DNA from: the human T2T-CHM13v2.0 reference genome, Homo sapiens | NCBI RefSeq assembly: GCF_009914755.1 | Contig: NC_060926.1 | Length of the DNA stretch: 64,000 bases | Reading direction: 5' to 3' (one strand) | Part shown: positions 13,423 to 31,931 of the stretch, piece after piece | Position numbering within the stretch: position 1 is the stretch's first letter | Layout: each line of letters starts with the position of its first letter | The notes under the pieces: model-generated | Database searches by the model: none | What the model was told of the DNA's origin: nothing | Seen by the model: the letters and a program-made list of their open reading frames with translations, nothing else | Translations under genes and position numbers: made by a program

Positions 13423-13624
13423 TACTCTTTAGTCTTCTAACTGTTTCCCAATAAGAATATTGAATTTCTATCTATTTGGTTTAGTTCCTACATTTTGTAG
13501 TTTCTACATATTTCAGTTTCATTTCAAAACTACATTTTGTAGTTTCTACATATTGTAGAAACTAAACCAAATAGTAAGAAATTCAATATCTTTTATTGGG
13601 AAAGAGTTAAAAGACTAAAGAGTA
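13423..13624. repeat. Imperfect inverted repeat (70/71-bp arms) with an internal 25-bp direct duplication
   Basis: Arm 13423-13492 matches the reverse complement of 13554-13624 at about 90%. CTACATTTTGTAGTTTCTACATATT occurs at 13488 and 13530. Confidence 0.93.
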
Positions 13625-14465
13625 AAACTGACATATTGAACCTATAGAAATGCTGAAGGAAGGTAGGCACCTTTTTTATTTTAAAGGGAAGGCTACGAAA
13701 CATATGGAAAAGGTTACCAGACTAGGCTGTTGAAGGCAACAGAATAAATCACTTCAATAACCACCTCAGTCCTTTTCTGGACAAGGAAGGGATTAAAGGG
13801 CAGAGCGAAAATGCAGGCGGGTAAAATTAAACTAGAACAGAGAGTGGAGGCTGATGGGCCAGATGGCCTTTTCTTCTTCCTAGAACTTCTTAGAGAGTCT
13901 TCATAACATGCCTACATTGTAAACCACAATACAGATACAGTGTTTTTAGAAAAGGCCCATATTCCATTCCTGAACTTGAACATCTCACAAGTAAACCATT
14001 TTCAGATGTTTCCAAATTAGGAACATCTACAGTTGAAGGGAAGATTTGCTCTGCTCTCTGACATGTGTTTGATCTTTTCTATTTTATCAATTAGCAGTCC
14101 ATGTTTTTCTGTTTCCTCATTGCTTGGTTAGATAAACTATACAAAGAAAACGAACTCATGTCTGTGTGGAGACCACGTTATGTTCTGAACGAGCTCCCTG
14201 ACAACGCAGTCTACCCATTTGGATCAGTTGGTATTTGTTATCGGAAGAGGAGGTGAGGAGTGATAACAGGAAGGCACAGGCTGTGAAGCCTGCAGAGTTC
14301 TCTTTCCTGCAAGAGACCAAGCAATTGTGAAAATGGAATTGTGCACATGTGCTAAGTAATGCAAATATGGGTGGAAAAATGAGAAAACTTTCTGGATGAG
14401 TAAATAGAGAATCCTTTAAAAACTCATAGCTCACTAAGCCCGTTTCTAAAGAACAGGTTTTTCTC

Positions 14466-14798
<333 letters not shown>

Positions 14799-15241
14799 TC
14801 AAGAACAGTTTTTCTCTAACATATTTCTGGGCATACACAGGGAATAGAATTAAATTTACTGTTTGTGCCTAAATGAGATTAACACTGTACTTCTATTTTT
14901 TTCAAAAAATTTAATTCTTTCAACAGTGCTATGAGTTAAAAGTTACTTTTTATTGCTTGACAATGAAGTAAATTACTTTCAGAGAGCTTAAGTCACCACC
15001 CTAATTCCCACAGTGAGTAAGTGACAGAGACAAAACTAGACCCAGATTGGACGTCAGAGTCAGTGCCGTCTCCAAGGCATGATGACTCCATTTTGTGGAG
15101 AAAGAGAGCACCCTTTGGGTATTCAGTGAAAAACCAGTGCCAGACTTGTGTGCAGTTTACAGGAAGGTCAGAATGTAAAAGTTGAAGATGATGATTTTAT
15201 ATGTATAAAAACTTCAAGTAAACCTAAAGTAAATACACTGA

Positions 15242-15554
<313 letters not shown>

Positions 15555-15569
15555 CTGATCTTAATTTTA

Positions 15570-22073
<6,504 letters not shown>

Positions 22074-23390
22074 TCTTTTTTTGCATCTGTTTTTATAATT
22101 TGAGTTTTTCTTATAGTGTTATTGTAATTTTTTGGTATCAGGTTCACGATGGCCTCACAAAAATGACTTGGTGAATGTTAGAATATCAATTCAATTTTCT
22201 AAGAATTTTTTCAGTTTTTTAAAGAGTTTTATTATTTATTCTGTATATGTTTGATAGAATTTACTAGTAAAAATATCTGGATCTGCAGTATTCCTTGTCA
22301 GAAGGTATTTAATTATAAATACATCTTATCCTATGTATATTAATTATTCCAATTTTCCATTTCTTCTAGTGTCAGTTTTAGTAAATCATGTTTTCAAGAA
22401 ATTTATCCATTATAAATTTATTGATATATCATTCATGAATAGTGCTTTATAATGTGCAATCTATATTTATATTTTTGTGCAATCTATAGTATCCTCTTGC
22501 TCATTCAGGATATTGGCATTTGTGCTTTCTCTCTTTTACTTCTGACCAGTTTACCTAGAGTTTTACTTAATTTATTAAGTTATTTAAAGAACTACGTTTT
22601 GGCTTTGATAATTTGCTATATTGTTGCTCAGTATTTCATAAATTTCTAGTTTTCATTTTTAAAAATGTTCCCCATTTCTCTTTTTCTAGTTTTTTTTGTT
22701 TTGTTTTGTTTTTGTTTTTTTGCTGTGGAATCTTAGACCATTGACTTAAAATTTTCATTTCAATAGAAACATGTAGAGTATAAATTTCCCTCTAAGCTCT
22801 ACTTTAGGCACATTCCCATATTTTATATGCTTTGTTTTTATTTTGAAATATTTTTAAAATATATTTTGAAATATTTTCTAATTTGTCTTATAATTTATGT
22901 TTCTTTGACCTAGGAGTTATTTTGAAGTGTTTATTTTCTCAATGTTTGGGTTTTTTCTATATATGAAATTGCTGTTGATTTCTAATCCAAATGTTATAGT
23001 AAAATAACATAATTTATAATACTTCAGACTTTTGAAATTTCTTAAGACTGATTTCATGGCCCAACATATGATCTATTTTGGTAAATAATTAATGAGCACT
23101 TGAAAATAATGTATACTGCTATTTTTAAATGTAGTGTTCTATAATGTTAATTAGATCAATTTGGTTAATAGTTTTATTGAAATCTATATCTCTATTCACA
23201 TTTGGTCTACTTGTCGTATACAATACTGAGAAAGATATTGTAAAACTTCTCCCTGTGATTGCGGGCTTGTGTATTTCTCCTTTAACTTCTATCAGTTTTT
23301 TTCTCATGTGTTTTCAAGGTCTTCTACTAAGTACATATACCTTTAGGATTGTTATGCCTTTCCAATAATTGATCTTTTTATTCATGACAG
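22074..23390 (-). mobile_element. Old L1M antisense, probably the continuation of the 15570-17860 element
   Basis: TTTGCATCTGT, GGCCTCACAAAATGA, TATAAATTTCCCTCTAAG, CACTTGAAAATAATGTATA (antisense ORF2). Confidence 0.8.
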
Positions 23391-24708
23391 TGACTTTTAG
23401 TTGGAAGTGTAAAAAACATGTCTAGAGAATGAGCTAGTCTTGTATTACTGAAGATCCTTGACTTCCATAAGAAGCTCTAAACATTCTCATGAGAAGATCT
23501 GCTGATGAACGCCCACTTATTCTGCCACTCTGCTTGGATGAGCTAGACAGAAGTATGAGAAGAACGGCTGCCACTCCTTTAAAATAGAAACTTTCCATCA
23601 GAGCTCAGGAAGGCAAGACCAGAATACTGCTCATTGAAATGCTCGCCTCATTAATGAGGGGTCTTTTAAATTTACTTTTCCTCTTCTGAGAAATTCACTT
23701 TTCCTTACTTCTAAGAAAGTAGTCAGATTTTAGGTGAAACGGACCTTGAGACCTAATAGCTCTCAACCATAAAATCTGTGTAAAGGTGAGTGAATATAAA
23801 ATAATTTTTTACTAATAACAAATTTTTCATACTCCAAATGAATATTTAAATATTTACAGCATAATTGAATATCCACATCACAACATTATCTTCAGTCCTT
23901 TGTATGTTATTTATTTTCTTCAACTGCAGTGAATGGAGTAGAATTATAGTGAGGTTGCTGGACATAGTTCAAGTCTCTTGGTTTAATTCAACCTTTCCAG
24001 AGCCTTTGATGGATCTGGAATTGTTGAGGAGGAGGGAAGGAAGTAAGAGAAATAGTCACATCAGTGAATGTGAAAAAATCTTTCAAGAAGTTGAGAAGAG
24101 AAAAGGTTTAAGAGCACCACATTTTAACTCCAGCTTTGTCACTAACTTAATCAACAGCAAATAACTTCTCTTTTGGCTTCGGTTTCTGTTCCCAAAATTA
24201 GGATGTATTAGTGATCAACTTTCAGATTTCATCTATCTCTGGCATTATGTCCACTCTATGATTCCTTCTTTTCTTGAAACAGTGTTATATATTTACTCAA
24301 ATGTTGAGTATTTATTTTATTGGCCTGTTTTCTAGGTTTTTTTAAAAATTCAAATGTTCTTCATATAACTAGAGCTACCCAATTTTTTATTAAGTCCATG
24401 TATAGTTTTAATCATATCGTACATGTAACTTTACAATATGCTTTTGTCATTCAACATGTCATCAGGAAGTACTAATAAATCCCTTACAATCCTCACTTTA
24501 ATAATTGTATAATATCCATCATATGTTGAAATTATAATTTATTCAAATGTTCTACTACTATAACATTGGGGTAATGTTCATTTTTTCACTATGATAAATA
24601 ATAATGAAATGAACAGTTAGAAAGCTCTGTCTGCGTTTTAGCTCTCGCTGGCGGATTTTTCCGGAAGGAATGTTCAGAAGCACTTCCCTCTGGGCCTGGA
24701 CAGCTTAC

Positions 24709-24784
24709 CATATCCTGATGATCGGCACTCCACCTCTTTCCCGCTCAGGTTTGATGTATGAATGCTCCCATTCTGCATTGGCAC
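24709..24784 (-). other. Candidate internal exon (76 nt)
   Basis: Acceptor ctcttcgtgcccacgtaacAG|GTG and donor TATG|GTAAGC, in a unique CpG-retaining islet at ~24635-24840. Confidence 0.35.
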
Positions 24785-25083
24785 CTGTTACGTGGGCACG
24801 AAGAGTCCGTACAGCCTGGATGTCCCTCCATCTCGGGTTCATGAGGAAGCCCTTCTTCTAACAGTTGACACTCCTATTGTCTTTTCCATGGCTGGGGCTT
24901 TTTCAAGAGTTGCCTCATGAAGGCACTAGTCCATTAAGCGAAACAGAAGACTGGACTCCCTACTGCTAAGGCTTTTGACCTTTTCAATGACCTCAATAGC
25001 TCTTCATTGGTCCTCTCAGAAGTTAGCACTGTGGAGATCCCTGATGCTATCAGACATTACCCCTGACAAAACGTTACAGTTTC

Positions 25084-25390
25084 GGCCGGGCGCAGTGGCT
25101 CACGCCTGTAATCTCAGCACTTTGGGAGGCTGAGGTATGCGGATCACGAGGTGAGGAGATCCAGACCATCCTGGCTAACATGGTGAAACCCCGTCTCTAC
25201 TAAAAATACAAAAATATTAGCCGGGCGTGGTGGTGGGCGCCTGTAGTCCCAGCTACTCGGGAGGCTGAGGAAGGAGAATGGCGTCAACCTGGGAAGCAGA
25301 GCTTGCAGTGAGCCGAGATCACGCCACTGCACTCAAACCTGGGTGACAGAACAAGACTCCATCTCAAAAAAAAAAAAAAAAAAAAAAAAA
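25084..25390 (+). mobile_element. AluY-like element
   Basis: GGATCACGAGGT, GGAGAATGGCGT, GAGCTTGCAGTG diagnostics, long A tail, approximate TSD GTTACA(G/A)TTTC. Confidence 0.95.
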
Positions 25391-25939
25391 GTATGTTACA
25401 ATTTCACCAGCTGCTAGAAGGGGTCTTGGCACTCTTCTTACCCTATAATCTTCTGTAAAGTCTATTGCTCTAAATGCTTGTCAAGCAGGCATTAAAACCA
25501 GAATTGTGTTGGTTTTAATCTGTGGGTCCAAAGAGACTTTTATGTTGTTAGTAGACCTCAGCTCTCTCCCATTAAAACCAAAAGGAGCTTATACAATTGC
25601 AGTCCTGGCCCTGCAGGGACTGAGTGATGATCACCCATCCTTAAATGTTGTTACTGGGTTCCGTGGCCCCAAGTTCAAATAAGCCTTGCATCTCTTTTCT
25701 AACTAAGAACATGGACTCAGGCATTCAGAGTAAGTGCCCCTGCAGCACTTTTTTTCTTTTTCTCGATTTAATTGATTATGAATCAAAACAAGATTAGCAT
25801 TGATATTTATTGAATGAACTACCCTGGATTCACAACAAAACGAAACAAAACACATAAAGCAAAGATATGTTCTGGTATAAATATGAAACTATAAAAAACA
25901 GAAAAATTGGGTAAGCAGGTTTCCTAGAAATGTTTAGTG

Positions 25940-26170
25940 CAATGATTAAAAATGCAAACTTTTCAGTCAAACTTCCTGGTCATGTCTCAGCTCTGCCTTA
26001 TTCAAACTGGGACTGTTGGCAACTTAATACCTCCTCTAAAGCCGCATTGTCCTCACTTGGCAGAGGTGGAGGTAGTTATAGTGTCACTTCATAAGGAGTT
26101 GTAGAAATTAAATTAAAAATGTCTAAAAATCTTTAGCAACCTATCTGGATCATAATAACCACTCAATAAA
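25940..26170 (-). mobile_element. MIR
   Basis: CTCAGCTCTGCC ... CCTCACTTG ... CACTCAATAAAT core. Confidence 0.7.
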
Positions 26171-26739
26171 TTCCAACAATTAATGTATTTTCTTCTCCAA
26201 ATGTATCTAAATTCCCACCCTACCAGAACTGACTGATTTCATAGAGACAAATCTAGGTTGAGTCTCATAGTGTTTCAACTCCTCATTTGGTACATATTCA
26301 AACTGAAATGATTGAAGAAGAAAATTTTTAAAAAGCATTAATTTTATCTATGTGGGAAACCCTGTGGCAGCGACTTTCTCATTTAAAAGATTCTATCTTC
26401 ACAATATGACTGTGAATATTGAAAAATGTGCTTGATCTATAAAGTCAGATTACAGCAGAACAAGAATTTGTTTCTTCAGACTTTGGAGTTCCACAGGCAC
26501 TCAACGCCTGAACATTTGCAGGACCACTGCCAATACAGAGTGTCCCAAACTTCCTTAAAGATCATAAGGATTTCTTCAGTGTATCCTAACTAAAAGGCTG
26601 TCCAATCCCCTCTCAGAAGAGACAGAGAAACTCTAAAGAGGAAGATCAGGTCTTGAAGGGGAGAGAGTGAAGGCTTGGCTAGTTTGAGATGTTATCAAGG
26701 TATTTCAGGCTGATACATGAGAAGAAAGTTTTTAAAATT

Positions 26740-27892
26740 CATCTAAGAAATAAAGGAAGAATAGTAATTATAACAAATGGTTCTGTGAAACCTTAATATA
26801 CACATGCAAAAGAATTAAAATGGACACCTAATTCACACATGTTATACCAGAAACAAATATTACTGCCAAGTTAAAAATAGACCTAAAGGTAAGAGCTAAA
26901 ACAATATAACTTTTAGAAGAAATCATTGGAGTAAGTTTCTGTAAGCTTGGGCTAGGCAGTGGTTTCTTAGATATGACACCAAAAACAGAGGCAATAAAAG
27001 AAAAAATAGATGAGTTGGACTTTGTGAAAAATTGAAGACATTTATGTCTCAAAGGACAGCATCAAGAAGATAAAAAGACAACCTGCAAAATGGAAGACAA
27101 TATTTACATATTATGTATCTGATAAGATACTTAAAAGGCAAAGGATCTAATAGATATTTTTTCCATAGAAGATATACAAATGACCAATAAGCATATAAGA
27201 TTATGGTCAAAATCATTCATCATTCGGCAAATGCTAGTGAAAGCCACAATGAGTTACCACTCCACACTCACTAAGATGTCTATAATCACCCAGATAGACA
27301 ATGATAGAGGATGGAAAAATCAAAACCTTCATTCACTGGTGGTAGGAATGTAAAATGATGCAATCACCTTGGAAAACATTTTTTCAGTTCTTTAAAATGT
27401 TAGAGTTACCATATGACCCAGCAATTCCACTCGTAGATATATACCCAAAAGAAATGAAAACATATAAACATATGTTTACCCAGAAACTTGTACATAAATG
27501 TTCATATGCTCATAACAGCATTATTCATAATAACCCTAAAGTGGAAACAACACATGTATTCATCAATTGATGAGTGGAAAACAAAATGTGGTACGTCATT
27601 GGACATGTATTATTCTTTCCTAAAAAAGAGTGAAGTACTGATACATACTACAATGTAGATGAACCTCGACAACATTATGTTAAGTGAAAGAAGCCAGGCA
27701 TAAAAGTTCTGAACAAGCCCATCCATAGAGAAGGAAAGTAGATTAGTGATGGCCATGGACTGGAGGAGGGTGAATGCGGAATACTGCTGGTGGGCACAGA
27801 GTGTTTTGGGGAGCAATGAACATGTCTTAAAAATACATAGTGGTAATGGTTACACAACTCCATGAATATACTATTGTATCTCAATAAAGCCA
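26740..27892 (+). mobile_element. L1MB/L1MC 3' end
   Basis: TTCTTAGATATGACACCAAAA, CCATATGACCCAGCAATTCCACTC, terminal CTCAATAAAGC. Confidence 0.88.
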
Positions 27893-28155
27893 GTAATAGA
27901 AATTCATCTATGAGACTGAGGTCAACACTGTAGAAGCCAAACCTTAAATCATGGATAAGAAGAGGTAAGAATGGCAAAGGAAACTAAAAAGTGATGGACT
28001 GGATATACCCTGACATCGCTGGGGAGATGAGCAGCCAGGACAGAAATAAGACATGAGGGGAGGGCCATGACGTGTGCCTGGAACACCACTGCACTGCCTG
28101 AGGCTCCAATCCTGTTGGGGCTGGCCCTGGTGTGCGTGGGTGCCTTAGTCTACAT

Positions 28156-28516
28156 CAGTGGTTCTCAGAGCAAAATCCAGGAACCCCTGAGAATCTCCAA
28201 GACACTTTTAATTGGTCCATGAGGACAAAACTTTTTCCATGATAAAACTAAAGTGTTGCTATTCCCTTTTAGTCCAACTTTTTAATGTGTGCAGTGGACT
28301 TTTCCAGAAGCTCCCTGACATATGATGGCATTATTTTTCTGACAATAAATGGGATGTGTGCTTGTGTATTCTTCTGTTTTAAACATTTGTCAATTTGAAT
28401 TTCTTATATAATAAATTTTGATAGGTATAAACTATGAAAACTGAAAATCTTTGGGATCCTCAATAATTTTTAAGAATATAATGGAGCCCTGAAATGAAAA
28501 CGTTTGAGAATCACTA
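28156..28516. mobile_element. hAT-Charlie family non-autonomous DNA transposon
   Basis: TIRs CAGTGGTTCTCA ... TGAGAATCACTA; internal CTCAATAATTTTTAAGA motif. Confidence 0.75.
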
Positions 28517-29291
28517 ACCTATAATCAAAACCAAACCATAGGCTTGAGCTGGATACTGTATCCTTCAAGTGATGCCCTTGTGGGGATCTATGTGGGGACA
28601 TCAATGGCCTGTGTATGACAGTGGATGACAGTGGGCTATCTAGATCCTTGGGGCTGGTGACACCTCTGAGTCTCCGAACAGTTCAATTTCACAAATATGG
28701 GATCCCTACCATTAATGAGGCTAACGGACAATTGAGATTAGATGCTGGAGATGCAGTGAGGAAGAGAACCAGGCATAGTCAACCTCTGCTTTTCTAGGGC
28801 TGACACTCATACCATAATCCTGTCTTTCTGGCTTCTCTATTCTTCTTCTCAGGGAAAGTCTGGAGTTCTACATGGCCATGGCTAGTTAACCTGTGCTCTT
28901 TCTCATAGCTAGCCTCTTAAAGAAGCCTTTAGGCATTAAAGGGCTAGGTGGCCCTCAGTGGTGCAGATGGAATGTCACGTGCTTATGGGCTTCTTGCAGT
29001 TAGCACACCTATCATACCCGTGAGTCCACCTCCCCATGACACTGAAACATCATCAGGGGCAGAAACTGCTTCCTGCTCAGAGCTGTGTTCCAGATGCCAA
29101 GGAGCTGGCCTGCTCCAGAGTGAATGCTCAAGAGAGGTTTTGATTGAATACACGAAGGAGTAAATTTCTCTCCCACAGAACACGATTATTCGGCTCTTAG
29201 ACGTTATAAATGAGTGTGAAAAGGCTTTGATTTCTGCTGCCAACTGGCCAGAGACTGAATAATGAATCATCAGCAATCAATTCAGACTCAC

Positions 29292-29449
29292 CCACCACAA
29301 AGATCAAACAAATCCCATGGCCAGAATGACAATAGATTGAGAGCTTGATGAAAGAATGGCACAACGCAAAGTTCCAATATTTCGCCAACATCACTGACTG
29401 GCTCACCACAGTCTTCTGCAGCCGCCGCCATGTGGCAGCCTCCTGTCAG
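29292..29449 (-). other. Candidate exon (158 nt) in a GC/CpG-rich islet
   Basis: Acceptor cctggtcctttcctttgcgcAG|CTGAC and donor GTGG|GTGAGT; internal alternative donor GTG|GTGAGC at 29407. Confidence 0.4.
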
Positions 29450-31823
29450 CTGCGCAAAGGAAAGGACCAGGCTCCGCAACGCAGCGCCTGTGCTTTGGGA
29501 TGAAAGCAGGGATTTTATGTGTGACTTACAATGAGTGTCAGAAAATTCTCTTTGGCCCTGGAAATACCACCTGGAAAATGAAGACAGTGTCCAAGGCTGC
29601 ATCCAGAAAGGGAAGCCGGAAGCACTGGGCTTTTCTGCTACTTGGTGAGCTTGGTGCTGGATGGCCGGCAGCCCCATGCTGGAGGATGGTGAGGGATCTG
29701 CTTCTTGGAGGCAGGATTGGTTATGTTCCTGCCTAAGAAATCCCTGCATGATAAGTATTTCCACTAAGTTTTCTCATATTTCAAAAGATTCCCCAACAGA
29801 AAGGGGAGCAGAGGAAATTATGGCAAAGCCACTCCATAACAGTTTCAAATTTCCCACTTCTCTCTGTTCTTTGTAAACATGTCCTAACCAAAGCAGATGG
29901 AAAGGGGTAGGCTTAGAATTCTGGTGAAGAAATTAAACATAGATGGGTCCCAAATTTTCAGGGGGAAACCCATTCCCATCTTGTCATTGATTAGAGGACT
30001 TTGTAGGTGGCTATGCAGCAGGTTCAGCAGTAGCTGTGATTTCTTACTGGTATGAGTTAAGAACCACTGAAAATTGTTTTTCCTTCCCAAAGATTTCTCC
30101 CATTTCTTCCAGTAGCCTTCTCCCAGAGCTGAAATTCCAGGAATTTCTCATTCTTTCTGATTAAGACCTTGAAAGCTATGGTTATAAACTAATTCAAGTC
30201 AACAAGCACACTTAGCTCATGCCAGACTCAGACTAAATTAACCTCAAAGTAGATACAAAGTTGTGGGGGTAGGAATGAAGGACATTAATGTACATAACAA
30301 ATTATAGTAAATGTAAAAGAATGCACACACAGAATGCATCTGGAGCACAGAGGTTTAAGTCGCTTTTTTTGCTAATAATTCCATAGTAGATATTATGCTA
30401 AGCTGCCTTTGGTATCACATAGTTTCTGCTCCTCAGAACAAACTTACAAGACAGGTCCACAGTACAGACCCCATCTTCGCGATGAGTCCCTGAAAGAGAA
30501 TCCTCAGAAGGTTTAAGTGACCAGTTGTTTGTGCAGTAAGTGCCAGCGTGAGGCTTTGTAGTGCCCACTCAGGAAAATAAAAACTGGGCCATCCCCACAT
30601 GGCCATGCTAGAAACCCTAAATCACACCATGAAGCAAGAACTACCTGGAAGGTCCTCGAAACATGTGATGATAATAGGCCCTCTATCCTGAATGTTCAAC
30701 CAGGTGAGTAGTGGGCTGAGGCAGGGATGTGGGGAAGAGAAGGCAATACTGAGAATGGGCGAGGCACTGTTATCAGGACAGGAGTTGCCTGCAGGGGGTG
30801 CTGAGCGAGGCTGGTGTGTTTTTCATCCCTGGACAGGAATTCCGCCCTGTTTTGTTTTTTTTAATCATCTCTGGCCACCTGAGTGCCCTCCACGGAGCGT
30901 CTCCAGAATGAAGCCATGGCACCAGGCTTGGCCCATAGGGATGATGTTCTTAACCATGTTCTGCCCTGCCCCAGGGAGATCTTATCGCCAGCTCCTCCCC
31001 ATGGAATCAGCTGTTATGATTTGGGACATGCTCACCAGATAGAAAATTTGTTTTGTTCTCTGTGCATTTGAGGATTTCAAATCTATGAAGGGTAGGAATG
31101 ACAAAACAGTTCTTTGGACTGGTCGCTAACCTGCCAAACCATAATATAGCCTGTGGCAAAATATCTCATCATATCCCAATTTGAAGCGCATTTTAAAAAA
31201 ATCAATCAATCTCAGGAACTCTTGTTTTGTTGTCATTTAAACAGAGATAAGACTGTGCTTACCTTTGCTGTTGTTGAATGAGAAAAGGGACAGAAAAGCA
31301 AGCAAGCAAAACAATGTGACTTACACTTGCAGGAGTGGAGACAGGTGTAAGGGTACAAACTCTGTTCATGGATGGAATCAGAAAAGCGTGTGTGGAAGAA
31401 GCATATTTCCTGAGGAACGCTGGCTGCACAGATAAGCACCAGACGGAGCTCCAGACAGAGGCACCGACAGGAACATGAGATAGCCTCGTGTGCTTGGAGA
31501 ACCACAGATGAGTTCAAAGACAAGAGCACAAAGTGCAAAGGGAGGTGCTCAGGGGTTCTGCAGGACAGGGAGGCAGACGCCAAACTCCATGCTGTATGTT
31601 GTACTCATGCATTTCCATTTTGGATGCCACTGAAGAAATTCTGAACCCGAAAATGACAATATTATTTCATCTTAACACAACTTGCAATATGGCAGAATAG
31701 AAAATGGATTGGAATTATTCTGAGTGTTTGAGAAGCAGCTAGAAGGATGAAGGTTAAGTTCAGCTTGAAACAGGGTAATGAGAGTGTGGGTGAAAAGAAA
31801 GGGGCAGCTTCAGGAAATAGAGA

Positions 31824-31931
31824 AGGGCTGCTAGACTTAGTAAAGACATGCAGGATACCTGGTTAAACCTGAACTTCAGATAAACAACACAGAATTGTTT
31901 CAGGCATACGTATGTCCTATGCAATATTTGC
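31824..31931. mobile_element. MER53-like hAT fragment
   Basis: AGGGCTGCTAGA ... GGTTAAACCTGAACTTCAGATAAACAAC ... GTATGTCCTATGCAATATTTG. Confidence 0.7.
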
